From positions 6,217 through 40,759 of the forward strand of contig CAYIAH010000002.1 in assembly GCA_964361495.1 (NCBI GenBank): DNA of 34,543 nucleotides. Reading direction: 5' to 3'. This stretch comes from an uncultured Candidatus Saccharibacteria bacterium. GTDB taxonomy: Bacteria > Patescibacteriota > Minisyncoccia > Sungbacterales > HO2-52-23. A program made the translations under genes and the position numbers. The notes under the pieces are model-generated. The model searched no databases, was not told the origin of the DNA, and saw only the letters and a list, made by a program, of their open reading frames with translations. This document shows positions 26,112 to 33,755 of this stretch, piece by piece (within the stretch, counting starts at the first letter, position 1; every line of letters begins with the position of its first letter).

Positions 26112-26495
26112 TCACCAAATTTCCGCGATGAGCTCTCCGCCTATTTTCTCCTTATATGCTTCTTTCTCGCTCATGATCCCCTTGGACGTTGAAAGAATAA
26201 TGATGCCGCCATGCGCTGCACGACGCAATTTCTTATAAGGTATTTGAAGCCGCCTCCCCGGCCGCGAGAACATTTTTACTTCCCGGACTGCCGGCGCGCC
26301 ATCGCGCCAGACGAGTGTGGTTTGCAAGATTTTTCGCACGCGCTTGCCTCGTCGCTCAATCTCGCCAACGAATCCGTGACGAAAAAGGGCTTTCAGAATT
26401 TCATGTTTAAATTTCGAATGAGGAATACGCACCGATTCATGGCGGGCCCTTTGCGCATTCTTGATACGGATGAACATGTCAGAAATGGGATCCAA
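26112..26495 (-). CDS. rpsH: 30S ribosomal protein uS8
   Basis: DPISDMFIRIKNA, SRPGRR, STSKG, IGGE. TTG 26495 matches the usual M-DPI start (track start 26507 lies in the repeat). Confidence 0.95.
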   Translation of the reverse strand: MDPISDMFIRIKNAQRARHESVRIPHSKFKHEILKALFRHGFVGEIERRGKRVRKILQTTLVWRDGAPAVREVKMFSRPGRRLQIPYKKLRRAAHGGIIILSTSKGIMSEKEAYKEKIGGELIAEIW

Positions 26496-26497
26496 CT

Positions 26498-26583
26498 TAA
26501 TTTTCAATTTTCAATTTTCAATTTTCAAACGTTTGAAAATTGAATCATTGAAAATTGATTGAAAATTCCAAAATTGAAAATTT
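26498..26583. repeat. Heptamer (ATTTTCA)x4 plus inverted (TGAAAAT) array
   Basis: Read directly between the rpsN stop and the rpsH start. Confidence 0.8.
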
Positions 26584-26768
26584 TACCACGATGACTTCGT
26601 TACCCCCGGTATCTCCCCGCGATTAGCGAGTTCTCTAAAACAAATCCTACAAAGATCAAACATCCTCATGAAGCCGCGCTTTCGGCCGCAACGGAAACAA
26701 CGGCGCACGATGCGCGATTTATATTTGGGCTTCTTGAGCGCCCGCGCAATGACCGATTGTTTCGCCAC
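26583..26768 (-). CDS. rpsN: 30S ribosomal protein uS14, zinc-binding type Z
   Basis: 61 aa, RCFRCGR...[16 protein letters not shown]; GTG start. Confidence 0.96.
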   Translation of the reverse strand: MAKQSVIARALKKPKYKSRIVRRCFRCGRKRGFMRMFDLCRICFRELANRGEIPGVTKSSW

Positions 26769-26777
26769 GGCAAAAAA

Positions 26778-27311
26778 TTATTTGAGGGGAAATCCCAATA
26801 ATCGTAAAAGCTGAATGCTCTGGGCGCGCGTCCGCGCATTCGTGACCACCGTCGCTTCAAATCCAAATAAAAACCGATAATCCTCGCCGATCATCTCAGG
26901 AAAAACTATATGTTCTTTTACGCCCAAAGTCAAGTTGCCGCTCGCATCAAATGATGTCTCGTCAATTCCCCTGAAGTCGCGGGTGCGCGGAAGCGCCACA
27001 TTGATGAGCCGCGACAAAAAATCATACATCCGTTTCCCGCGCATGGTGACCTGATAACCAATGATGAGGCCTTCGCGCGTCTTAAATGCCGAAATTGCTT
27101 TTTTCGCGGGCCGCGGCGCAACCTTCTGGCCTGTGATGAGCGTCAGGTATTTTTGAATCTCCTCGCGCTCTTTATCGTCCTTGATTTTGCCTACCCCGCA
27201 ATTGACCACCACTTTTATAATCTTCGGGATGGCCATCACATTTTTATATCCAAACGCCGCCATCATCTTTGGCATTACTTCTTTGCGGTATTTTTCGTAA
27301 ACAGACATCAT
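26778..27311 (-). CDS. rplE: 50S ribosomal protein uL5
   Basis: PKIIKVVVN.G, ITGQK, LPRTRDFRG, EHIVFPE. Confidence 0.96.
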   Translation of the reverse strand: MMSVYEKYRKEVMPKMMAAFGYKNVMAIPKIIKVVVNCGVGKIKDDKEREEIQKYLTLITGQKVAPRPAKKAISAFKTREGLIIGYQVTMRGKRMYDFLSRLINVALPRTRDFRGIDETSFDASGNLTLGVKEHIVFPEMIGEDYRFLFGFEATVVTNARTRAQSIQLLRLLGFPLK

Positions 27312-27316
27312 GGCAG

Positions 27317-27622
27317 TTATAATTCCTTGCCGCATTTTTTACATATCCGATATTTCCTCTGTTCAATAATCCGATGGCCAATGCGGACCGCCTGATCGCA
27401 TTTCGAGCATACAAGCATGACGCGCGAAGCCGCAAAGGGCGCCGGAATCCGCACGAGTTCTCCTTTCTGCCCCTGCCGCCGCGGCCGCACATGCTTCTTT
27501 TTGATATTGATGCCTTCAACCGCAATAATGCCGCGCCGAGGAAACACCGCAAGAACCGCGCCCTGCTTTCCTTTGTCGTTGCCGGAAATAATTTTAACTT
27601 TATCCCCTTTGCGAAGATTCAT
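27317..27622 (-). CDS. rplX: 50S ribosomal protein uL24 (with CxxC...CxxC ribbon)
   Basis: KGDKVKIISGNDKGKQG KOW motif, VEGIN; CSKC and CKKC. Confidence 0.96.
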   Translation of the reverse strand: MNLRKGDKVKIISGNDKGKQGAVLAVFPRRGIIAVEGINIKKKHVRPRRQGQKGELVRIPAPFAASRVMLVCSKCDQAVRIGHRIIEQRKYRICKKCGKEL

Positions 27623-27637
27623 ATCTTACCTATTTAT

Positions 27638-28003
27638 TTACACCACCTCCTGCGCGAGCGAGATAATTTTTATAAACCCGCGTTCGCGCAACTCCCGTGC
27701 GATAGGGCCAAAAATGCGTCCCCCTTTCGGTTCGCGCCCGTCAACAATCACGGCGGCATTCTCATCAAAACGAACGTACGAACCATCCTCGCGCCGGAAC
27801 GGCGCGCGCATCCGGACGATCACTGCGCGCACGAGATCTTTCTTTTTAATAAGTTTGCGGGGCTCGGCAACTTTCACCGACGCGACCACCACGTCTCCGA
27901 GACGCGCGTACCTTCGACGCGTCCCCCCCAGTACTTTAATAACCTGAAGCAGTTTTGCTCCGGTGTTATCCGCAACTTTCAGCATGGATCTGGGCTGTAT
28001 CAT
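27638..28003 (-). CDS. rplN: 50S ribosomal protein uL14
   Basis: MIQ....[26 protein letters not shown]. Confidence 0.98.
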   Translation of the reverse strand: MIQPRSMLKVADNTGAKLLQVIKVLGGTRRRYARLGDVVVASVKVAEPRKLIKKKDLVRAVIVRMRAPFRREDGSYVRFDENAAVIVDGREPKGGRIFGPIARELRERGFIKIISLAQEVV

Positions 28004-28269
28004 AGAATAGGCGATTCAGCGTGTTCCTCGCTCATTGGCCTCTTGATCAAAGAGGCTACCTTCCATCGTTTTTCTTTTGAACGCGGCCGCGTCTCTTCAA
28101 TCACTACAATGTCTCCTCTGCGAAATTCTCCTTTCTCATCGTGCGCTTTTATCTTCTTGGAAATGCGAATTTGTTTCTGATATTTCGGATGTTTTTTCAG
28201 GCGATCAATACGAATGACCACAGTTTTTTGCATCTTATGCGAAATGACAGTCCCTTGAAGCGTTCTCAT
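28000..28269 (-). CDS. rpsQ: 30S ribosomal protein uS17
   Basis: GTVIS.KMQKTVV, HPKY.K, AHDE, ETRP.SK.KRW. Confidence 0.96.
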   Translation of the reverse strand: MRTLQGTVISHKMQKTVVIRIDRLKKHPKYQKQIRISKKIKAHDEKGEFRRGDIVVIEETRPRSKEKRWKVASLIKRPMSEEHAESPIL

Positions 28270-28673
28270 ATTTTACTTACTAATCTTGTTTTAACCGGAA
28301 GTTTATGGGCGGCGCGCCGGAGCGCTTCCTCGGCGATCTCGGCGCTCACGCCATCAATTTCAAAAAGAATCCGTCCCGGACGGACCGGCGCGACATACCG
28401 ATCAACCGATCCTTTCCCTCCGCCAAGCGTCACTTCCGGGGGCTTCTTCGTCACGGGCTTATCGGGAAATATTCGTATCCAAATTTTCCCTCCGCGCTGG
28501 ACATAATGCGTCATCGCGCGGCGCGCCGCCTCAATCTGACGCGCCGTAATCCAGCATGCCTCGAGAGATTTGAGACCGTGGGCGCCGAAATTGAGTTCGG
28601 TGCCGCGGGTTTCAATCCCCCTCGTCCGACCTCTCTGCCATTTTCTATGTTTTACCTTTTTTGGCTGCAGCAT
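28266..28673 (-). CDS. rplP: 50S ribosomal protein uL16
   Basis: [31 protein letters not shown]. Confidence 0.97.
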   Translation of the reverse strand: MLQPKKVKHRKWQRGRTRGIETRGTELNFGAHGLKSLEACWITARQIEAARRAMTHYVQRGGKIWIRIFPDKPVTKKPPEVTLGGGKGSVDRYVAPVRPGRILFEIDGVSAEIAEEALRRAAHKLPVKTRLVSKI

Positions 28674-28676
28674 AAT

Positions 28677-28725
28677 TAATCACTAGTAACTAGTAACTGG
28701 TTACTGATTACTGTTACTAGTTACT
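28677..28725. repeat. Heptamer (TAGTAAC / GTTACTA) tandem-inverted repeat
   Basis: TAATCACTAGTAACTAGTAACTGGTTACTGATTACTGTTACTAGTTACT between rpsC and rplP. Confidence 0.75.
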
Positions 28726-29389
28726 TTGCGAAAACGTCTCCTTTATAAATCCACACTTTCACGCCCAACGTCCCGTAACTCATGTATGCGGTCTTATCCG
28801 AATAGTCAACATGGGCGCGGATTGTCTGAAGCGGAATTCGTCCCCTTTTCCCCCATTCGTATCGGGCCATCTCCGCGCCGTCAAGACGTCCTTTAAGTGA
28901 AATCTTCACGCCCTTGACCTCTTTTGACGCGGAAATCTTCTCAAGATGCTGTTTGAGCACGCGGCGGAAAGGAAGCCGTTTTTCAAGATCATCAACAATC
29001 ATCTGTGCGGCGAGCGCCGCGTGCGATTCCGGCGATGATACCTCCTGAATAGTCACCTTCACCTCCCGTTTTTCCGGCACGCGCCCGAAGCGTCTGCGCA
29101 CCTTCTGCAAAAACCGCGTAATGTCTTCTTTTAGTCGTTCCGCCCCTTCCCCGCCGCGCCCGATGATGAACCCAGGCCGCGCCGTTTTTATAATGACGTG
29201 CACGGCGTTCGGCGAACGCTCGATCTCAACCGTCTCGACATGGCTCTGCCGCAAACGGCGAAGCAGCCATTCGCGCAGCATCGTATCCTCGAGCAAGTAC
29301 TCGGCGTATTTCTTTCGATTAAACCAGCGCGACTTCCATGTATAAAGCTGGCTGACTCTGAAAATGTACGGATGAACTCGATGCGTCAT
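28721..29389 (-). CDS. rpsC: 30S ribosomal protein uS3
   Basis: TARPG.IIGRGG, GRLDGAEMAR, PLQTIRA, YGTLGVKVWI. Confidence 0.97.
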   Translation of the reverse strand: MTHRVHPYIFRVSQLYTWKSRWFNRKKYAEYLLEDTMLREWLLRRLRQSHVETVEIERSPNAVHVIIKTARPGFIIGRGGEGAERLKEDITRFLQKVRRRFGRVPEKREVKVTIQEVSSPESHAALAAQMIVDDLEKRLPFRRVLKQHLEKISASKEVKGVKISLKGRLDGAEMARYEWGKRGRIPLQTIRAHVDYSDKTAYMSYGTLGVKVWIYKGDVFAK

Positions 29390-29398
29390 AAAATCTAT

Positions 29399-29917
29399 TT
29401 AAATAGCTTTTCTTCTGAATACTCTTTGAACGAATCCTTTTCGCAAAGGACGGCTCATGCGCCGCGCATCCTCCCGCACTTCTTTCTTTCGAAATCCCAT
29501 ACCCTTGATATCTTCGGCGCCGAATTCCCGCACTGCGGGCCCCGCGCTTTTTCGTTCGACTCCCCGCTGACCGCGCGCCGCGTCCTTTTTTGTATCCAGC
29601 ACAAGCGACACATGACTCGTCTTTTTTCGCCGCGGCGCCGCGCGTCCGAACGCGCGCGGCATGAACCGCTTCTCTGCCGGACCCCCATCAACGCGGAGCT
29701 CTTTAATGTACAAGTCGCCCTCATCCACATGAAAGTTATGCCGCGCATTTGCCGCTGCCGATTGAATGAGCTTCAGCAGGGGGAGCGCTGCCCGTTTCGG
29801 CACGCCCCGCACCTGCCTCATTGCTCGCGCAATATCTTTGCCGCGCAAAAGATCTGCAAGGATCCGGACCTTGCGCGGGGCGATATGCACATACTGTAGC
29901 GATGCTTTAATTTCCAT
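29399..29917 (-). CDS. rplV: 50S ribosomal protein uL22 with ~64-aa C-terminal extension
   Basis: APRKVR, SAAANA, PRAFGRA, TSHVSLVL, then a charged tail ending KGFVQRVFRRKAI; ATG 29917. Confidence 0.95.
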   Translation of the reverse strand: MEIKASLQYVHIAPRKVRILADLLRGKDIARAMRQVRGVPKRAALPLLKLIQSAAANARHNFHVDEGDLYIKELRVDGGPAEKRFMPRAFGRAAPRRKKTSHVSLVLDTKKDAARGQRGVERKSAGPAVREFGAEDIKGMGFRKKEVREDARRMSRPLRKGFVQRVFRRKAI

Positions 29918-29927
29918 GATTATTCGG

Positions 29928-29995
29928 CTCGGAGGAGGAAACCCTCGCGCTTCGCGCGTCACTCTAGGGTTCTTTGCCTTCTCGGCGAAGCGATG
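29928..29995. repeat. Short copy of the structured element at 16821
   Basis: CTCGGAGGAGGAAACCCTCGCGCTTCGCGCG versus CTCGGAGGGAGAAACCCTTGCGGCTTCGCGCG; AACCCT/AGGGTT stem. Confidence 0.6.
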
Positions 29996-30001
29996 ATGTT
30001 A

Positions 30002-30334
30002 TTATTTTTTATCGGGCGCGGGGGCTTCTGCTTTTTGTTTTTCGGCTTCCGCCGCTTTCTGCTCAAGTTCGCGCTGCATTCTTCCGCCGTGCCGGATAAA
30101 TTTTCGCGTCGGCGAAAATTCTCCCAAGCGATATCCGACCATATCCTCCATAATTTTTACTTCCGTAAATGCGCGCCCGTTGTGCACGCCAAACGTATAC
30201 CCAATCATCTCGGGACTGATCATAGAATCCCGCGACCATGTCTTAATGATCGTCTTGGAGCCGGGCGCAATACGGGACATATGCTTCAGAATGCTCGGAT
30301 GTATGTATGGACCTTTCTTTAGTGACCGTGACAT
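30002..30334 (-). CDS. rpsS: 30S ribosomal protein uS19
   Basis: MSRSLKKGP, KTWSR, VHNG, LGEFSPTR; short charged C-terminal tail. Confidence 0.97.
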   Translation of the reverse strand: MSRSLKKGPYIHPSILKHMSRIAPGSKTIIKTWSRDSMISPEMIGYTFGVHNGRAFTEVKIMEDMVGYRLGEFSPTRKFIRHGGRMQRELEQKAAEAEKQKAEAPAPDKK

Positions 30335-30353
30335 TGATAAAATTTCAATTAGT

Positions 30354-31184
30354 TCATTTCCTGCGCCTTGAGATAATAAACATGTCGGATTTCTTGCTCT
30401 TCTTTCTCGTCTTCACTCCCCGTGCCGGCTTGCCCCAAGGCGTCGCGGGCCCCCGGCGCCGGCCAATGAGTGTGCGTCCTTCTCCTCCGCCGTGCGGGTG
30501 ATCCACCGGATTCATTGCTGATCCCCGTACCGTGGGCCGCACCCCCCTCCGGCGCGCTCTGCCCGCATTGCCGACCACCATAAACTCGTGTTCCTCATTG
30601 GAGAGCGCGCCGAGCGACGCCCAATTCATTGAAAGAATTTTTCTCACTTCCTTCGACGGAAGCTGCACATGAGTATACGCCCCCTCATGCGCGAGCACCG
30701 TGGCGCCCGCTCCCGCAGCACGCGCGATTGCAGCGCCCCGGCCGCGTTCAAGTTCGATATTGTACACAGATGCCCCGACCGGAATTTTCCCCAAAGGAAG
30801 ACGATTCCCCGACTCAATGGGCGCATCTTCCGAAGCGATGACTTCGGCGCCAATCTTCAAACCGCGCGGCGCAAGGACATACCGTTTCTCTCCGTCGCGG
30901 TACTGAAGCAGTGCGATAAAACTTGTCCGGTTTGGATCGTACTCAATTGAAACCACCCGGCCGGGTATATTTACTTTGTCGTATCTAAAATCAATCGCGC
31001 GCCACAGCCGTTTTACCCCGCCGCCTTTATGGCGAGTCGTAATGCGCCCCTGATTATTGCGTCCGACCGGCCGCGTCCGTCCGAAGGTGAGCGATCGTTC
31101 CGGCTCGCGCGCGGTGATCGCCGTTTTCCACTCAGGAAACAGAGCTTGCCGCCGGGCCGGAGAAGTTGGAGGATATTTTTTCAT
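30354..31184 (-). CDS. rplB: 50S ribosomal protein uL2
   Basis: GRNNQGRIT, IEYDPNR, VRGSAMNPVDHPHGGGEG, TPWG. Confidence 0.98.
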   Translation of the reverse strand: MKKYPPTSPARRQALFPEWKTAITAREPERSLTFGRTRPVGRNNQGRITTRHKGGGVKRLWRAIDFRYDKVNIPGRVVSIEYDPNRTSFIALLQYRDGEKRYVLAPRGLKIGAEVIASEDAPIESGNRLPLGKIPVGASVYNIELERGRGAAIARAAGAGATVLAHEGAYTHVQLPSKEVRKILSMNWASLGALSNEEHEFMVVGNAGRARRRGVRPTVRGSAMNPVDHPHGGGEGRTLIGRRRGPATPWGKPARGVKTRKKSKKSDMFIISRRRK

Positions 31185-31215
31185 ATAACGTACCGTGACA
31201 ACTTATTATTACAAA

Positions 31216-31611
31216 TTACAAACCTTCAATCGTCTGCCCTTTCTTGATCGTCACCACCGCTTTTTTCACCCCATGCTTCCATCCGATCTGTCGGCCGCGG
31301 CGGCGCATTTTGTCGCGCGCCGCAATCACATGCACCGCGCACACATTCACGCCGTAGCGCGCCTCGACCGCGCGCGCAATCTGAATTTTATTGGCGCGAT
31401 TCCCCGCCACAAACGTATATTTATTTTCCTTCATCCCCGCGTTTGATTTCTCCGTCATACGGGCGCGAATAAGCACGCCTTTCACCAAGGGCCCCCGAAC
31501 ATCCGCGGCGGCGGTCTTCGGCGCCTCTTCAAGCGCGCCGGACACTTTCGACGCCGCCGAAGTTATTTCTTTTCCCTCTCTTCCTCTGAAAATTTTACGA
31601 AAAAAACTCAT
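31216..31611 (-). CDS. rplW: 50S ribosomal protein uL23 with ~40-aa N-terminal extension
   Basis: TEKS, Y.F, ANKIQI..AVE, KKAVVT..GQ.I. ATG is 4 nt after the rplD stop; extension starts MSFFRKIFRG. Confidence 0.94.
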   Translation of the reverse strand: MSFFRKIFRGREGKEITSAASKVSGALEEAPKTAAADVRGPLVKGVLIRARMTEKSNAGMKENKYTFVAGNRANKIQIARAVEARYGVNVCAVHVIAARDKMRRRGRQIGWKHGVKKAVVTIKKGQTIEGL

Positions 31612-31615
31612 GGTA

Positions 31616-32251
31616 TTAATGCAACAACGCGTCTATCGCATTCTGCGACATCATTACATATTTATAATTCATCGCCCCATAGGCGTTGAGGTTACGCGCC
31701 TCTTCAATTCCCGTATACGGGAGATTGCGAAGCGCGCGGCGCGCGGCATCATCTTTTTTTGAGAGCGCAACAAGCACTCCGTTGCGTGTCCGAATCTTTC
31801 CGAATTTCTGCGAAAACTTTCCGAACATCGCGTGCGCACTTTTTGTCTTTGCTTCCGGAAACGCCATGTCATCCACGATCACGATTTCGTGATCTCGCGC
31901 TTTTCCCGAAAGAATGACATACAATGCCTTCCTCGCCATTTTCTTGTTGATTTTCCTGTGATAATTTTTTTCCGTCCTCGGCCCATGCGTCACCCCTCCG
32001 CCAATCCAAATCGGGGAACGAATGGAACCGTGCCGCGCCCGTCCCGTGCCTTTCTGCCGCCAGGGCTTGCGGCCGCCGCCGCGCACCTCGCCCCGGGTCT
32101 TCGCATGCGCGGTTCCCCGCCTGCGGTTCGCCGCCTGACTCGTTACCACCTGATGCACTAAATCCGCATTCCATTTCAACCCGAACACGCGATCCGGCAA
32201 TTCAACCGTACCGGTCTCTTCAGCGGATTGATTGTAAAGCTTGACATGCAT
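31616..32251 (-). CDS. rplD: 50S ribosomal protein uL4
   Basis: KTRGEVRGGGRKPWRQKGTGRARHGSIRSP.W.GGG. Confidence 0.98.
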   Translation of the reverse strand: MHVKLYNQSAEETGTVELPDRVFGLKWNADLVHQVVTSQAANRRRGTAHAKTRGEVRGGGRKPWRQKGTGRARHGSIRSPIWIGGGVTHGPRTEKNYHRKINKKMARKALYVILSGKARDHEIVIVDDMAFPEAKTKSAHAMFGKFSQKFGKIRTRNGVLVALSKKDDAARRALRNLPYTGIEEARNLNAYGAMNYKYVMMSQNAIDALLH

Positions 32252-32269
32252 AACTTATTACTTTATACT
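32241..32269 (+). promoter_or_regulatory. Near-consensus sigma70 promoter TTGACA-17-TATACT, antisense to the S10 operon
   Basis: -35 at 32241-32246 (inside the first codons of rplD), -10 at 32264-32269; points into the 32322 ORF. Confidence 0.7.
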
Positions 32270-32321
32270 TATTTTCAGCTCATCTACATCATATAAACCT
32301 GCACCAAGAGGAGAGCTTACG

Positions 32322-32585
32322 ATGCAAAAGGTAAAACTCTTTTTAATCTTTCTCTTGTTGGGCGGTCTCGCGATATTTGCCGCGAGTTGTGACCGTCGTG
32401 GACAGGACTGGCCCGATGCCTCATCACTTGAATCGCGCAGCGGCGTGCATTACGAATGTCCGCACGGAATCACCTTTTTGAGTAACTCGATCAGCTGTTA
32501 TCAAGATGGTCTTAAGAAGCTGAACCTCAATTACGACCAAATGAATAGCCTATCAACTGCTTGGAAAAAACCCGCCGAGCAATAA
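32322..32585 (+). CDS. Hypothetical lipoprotein, 87 aa
   Basis: AGAGGAG RBS; MQKVK plus hydrophobic core plus AASC lipobox-like motif; two further Cys; fills the rplC-rplD gap. Confidence 0.75.
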   Translation: MQKVKLFLIFLLLGGLAIFAASCDRRGQDWPDASSLESRSGVHYECPHGITFLSNSISCYQDGLKKLNLNYDQMNSLSTAWKKPAEQ

Positions 32586-32635
32586 GTAATTCCTTCAGAC
32601 GCGACCATTCTTTGGTCGCTTTTGTTTTTAACCTT

Positions 32636-33253
32636 CTATCCCCGAATTTCAAGCAGTGTTCCTCGTCTGCCGGGCACTGCGCCCGATATCGCGAGCATAT
32701 TATTTTCAACGTCCACCTTCACAATTTTCAAATTCTTCACCGTGACTCGTTCTCCGCCCATACGCCCCGCCATCCGCATCCCTTTGGACACCCTGCCGCC
32801 CGCGCGCCCGCGCCCGCCGATGGAACCCGGTTCACGATGCGCATGCTTGGTGCCGTGAGTCGCCGGCGCTCCGTGAAATCCGTGGCGCTTCACCACGCCC
32901 TGAAATCCTTTGCCCTTCGAGATGCCCGCAACCTTCACCGCATCCCCCCCATTGAAAATCGACACATTGAACGCGTCCCCCCGCTTCAAGCCCGACTCTT
33001 CCCCATTGATACGCGCTTCCCGCACATAACGAAAATTGCCCAAATCCGCAAAATCGCCTCGCTGGGGCTTTCTGATATTTTTCGCCTTCCGTGCCCCCGC
33101 GCCGATTTGTACCGCTTCATAGCCGTCCCGTTCCCGCGTTTTTATATGCAGCACTACATTGGAGGCCGCATGCACCAAGGTCACCGGCACGACATTCCCT
33201 TCCGCGTCAAACATCTGCGACATCTTTATTTTTTCTCCCAAAAGAAATTTCAT
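32636..33253 (-). CDS. rplC: 50S ribosomal protein uL3
   Basis: DGYEAVQIG, SKGKGFQGVVKRHGF, HREPGSIG, MAGRMG, GAVPG. Confidence 0.97.
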   Translation of the reverse strand: MKFLLGEKIKMSQMFDAEGNVVPVTLVHAASNVVLHIKTRERDGYEAVQIGAGARKAKNIRKPQRGDFADLGNFRYVREARINGEESGLKRGDAFNVSIFNGGDAVKVAGISKGKGFQGVVKRHGFHGAPATHGTKHAHREPGSIGGRGRAGGRVSKGMRMAGRMGGERVTVKNLKIVKVDVENNMLAISGAVPGRRGTLLEIRG

Positions 33254-33457
33254 AGTGGCAGAGGCCTCCCCTCCGAGGTGAAATTAAAAACAGCCGGAAT
33301 CCCCGGCCGTTCACGACCAGCGAAATTCCCAACCTTACCGATAAATTTCGGTAAACACCTTCATATTAACCAATGATGAGTGATCACTGAATCACTCAAG
33401 ATTCGATCCCAAATATATCTCGAGACCGAAGGATTGAAAGATTCAATTTAAATTTTT
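33254..33457 (-). promoter_or_regulatory. Structured leader upstream of rplC with candidate terminator/antiterminator
   Basis: GGCCGGG-GAU-UCCGGCU followed by GUUUUU (33286-33308); overlapping alternative stem CUGGUCG-UGAA-CGGCCGG (33303-33320); additional hairpins at 33335-33354 and 33377-33398. Confidence 0.5.
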
Positions 33458-33745
33458 TTATACTTTTGCTTCCAATTTTTTAATCCTCTGATCATGGCCG
33501 TGCAATTCATCAGTAATCCGCCCGTGAAGCACGGCGTGCGCCGCATGATCTTTCTCCGCCTTATCAAAACGAGTAATGATCTTATCCACCCCCTGAAGTA
33601 TCTTTGCGGTCTCCCCCCTTATTTCTTCTCTCATTTCTCCCATTATCTCCTCTTTTATCTCCCCTTTGAATTCTCCGAGTCGCGCATCAAGGTACTGTTC
33701 GGTGACGAACCGTTCGCGATTGGTTTTTCGCGTGACCTTTTTCAT
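33458..33745 (-). CDS. Hypothetical coiled-coil protein, 95 aa
   Basis: ATG 10 nt after the rpsJ stop; E/K-rich helical pattern ending DQRIKKLE. Confidence 0.75.
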   Translation of the reverse strand: MKKVTRKTNRERFVTEQYLDARLGEFKGEIKEEIMGEMREEIRGETAKILQGVDKIITRFDKAEKDHAAHAVLHGRITDELHGHDQRIKKLEAKV

Positions 33746-33755
33746 GGATTAAAAT

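Noticed and set aside
26498-26583. Heptamer arrays as CRISPR
   Set aside because: Units are 7 bp with no unique spacers, and no cas genes are present.
29918-29962. N-terminal extension of uL22 from the ORF track
   Set aside because: It is derived from the intergenic repeat; ATG 29917 matches the normal start.
32561-33376. 271-aa + strand ORF and similar long antisense ORFs (e.g. 27374-28180, 29198-29899)
   Set aside because: Shadow frames opposite conserved r-protein genes.
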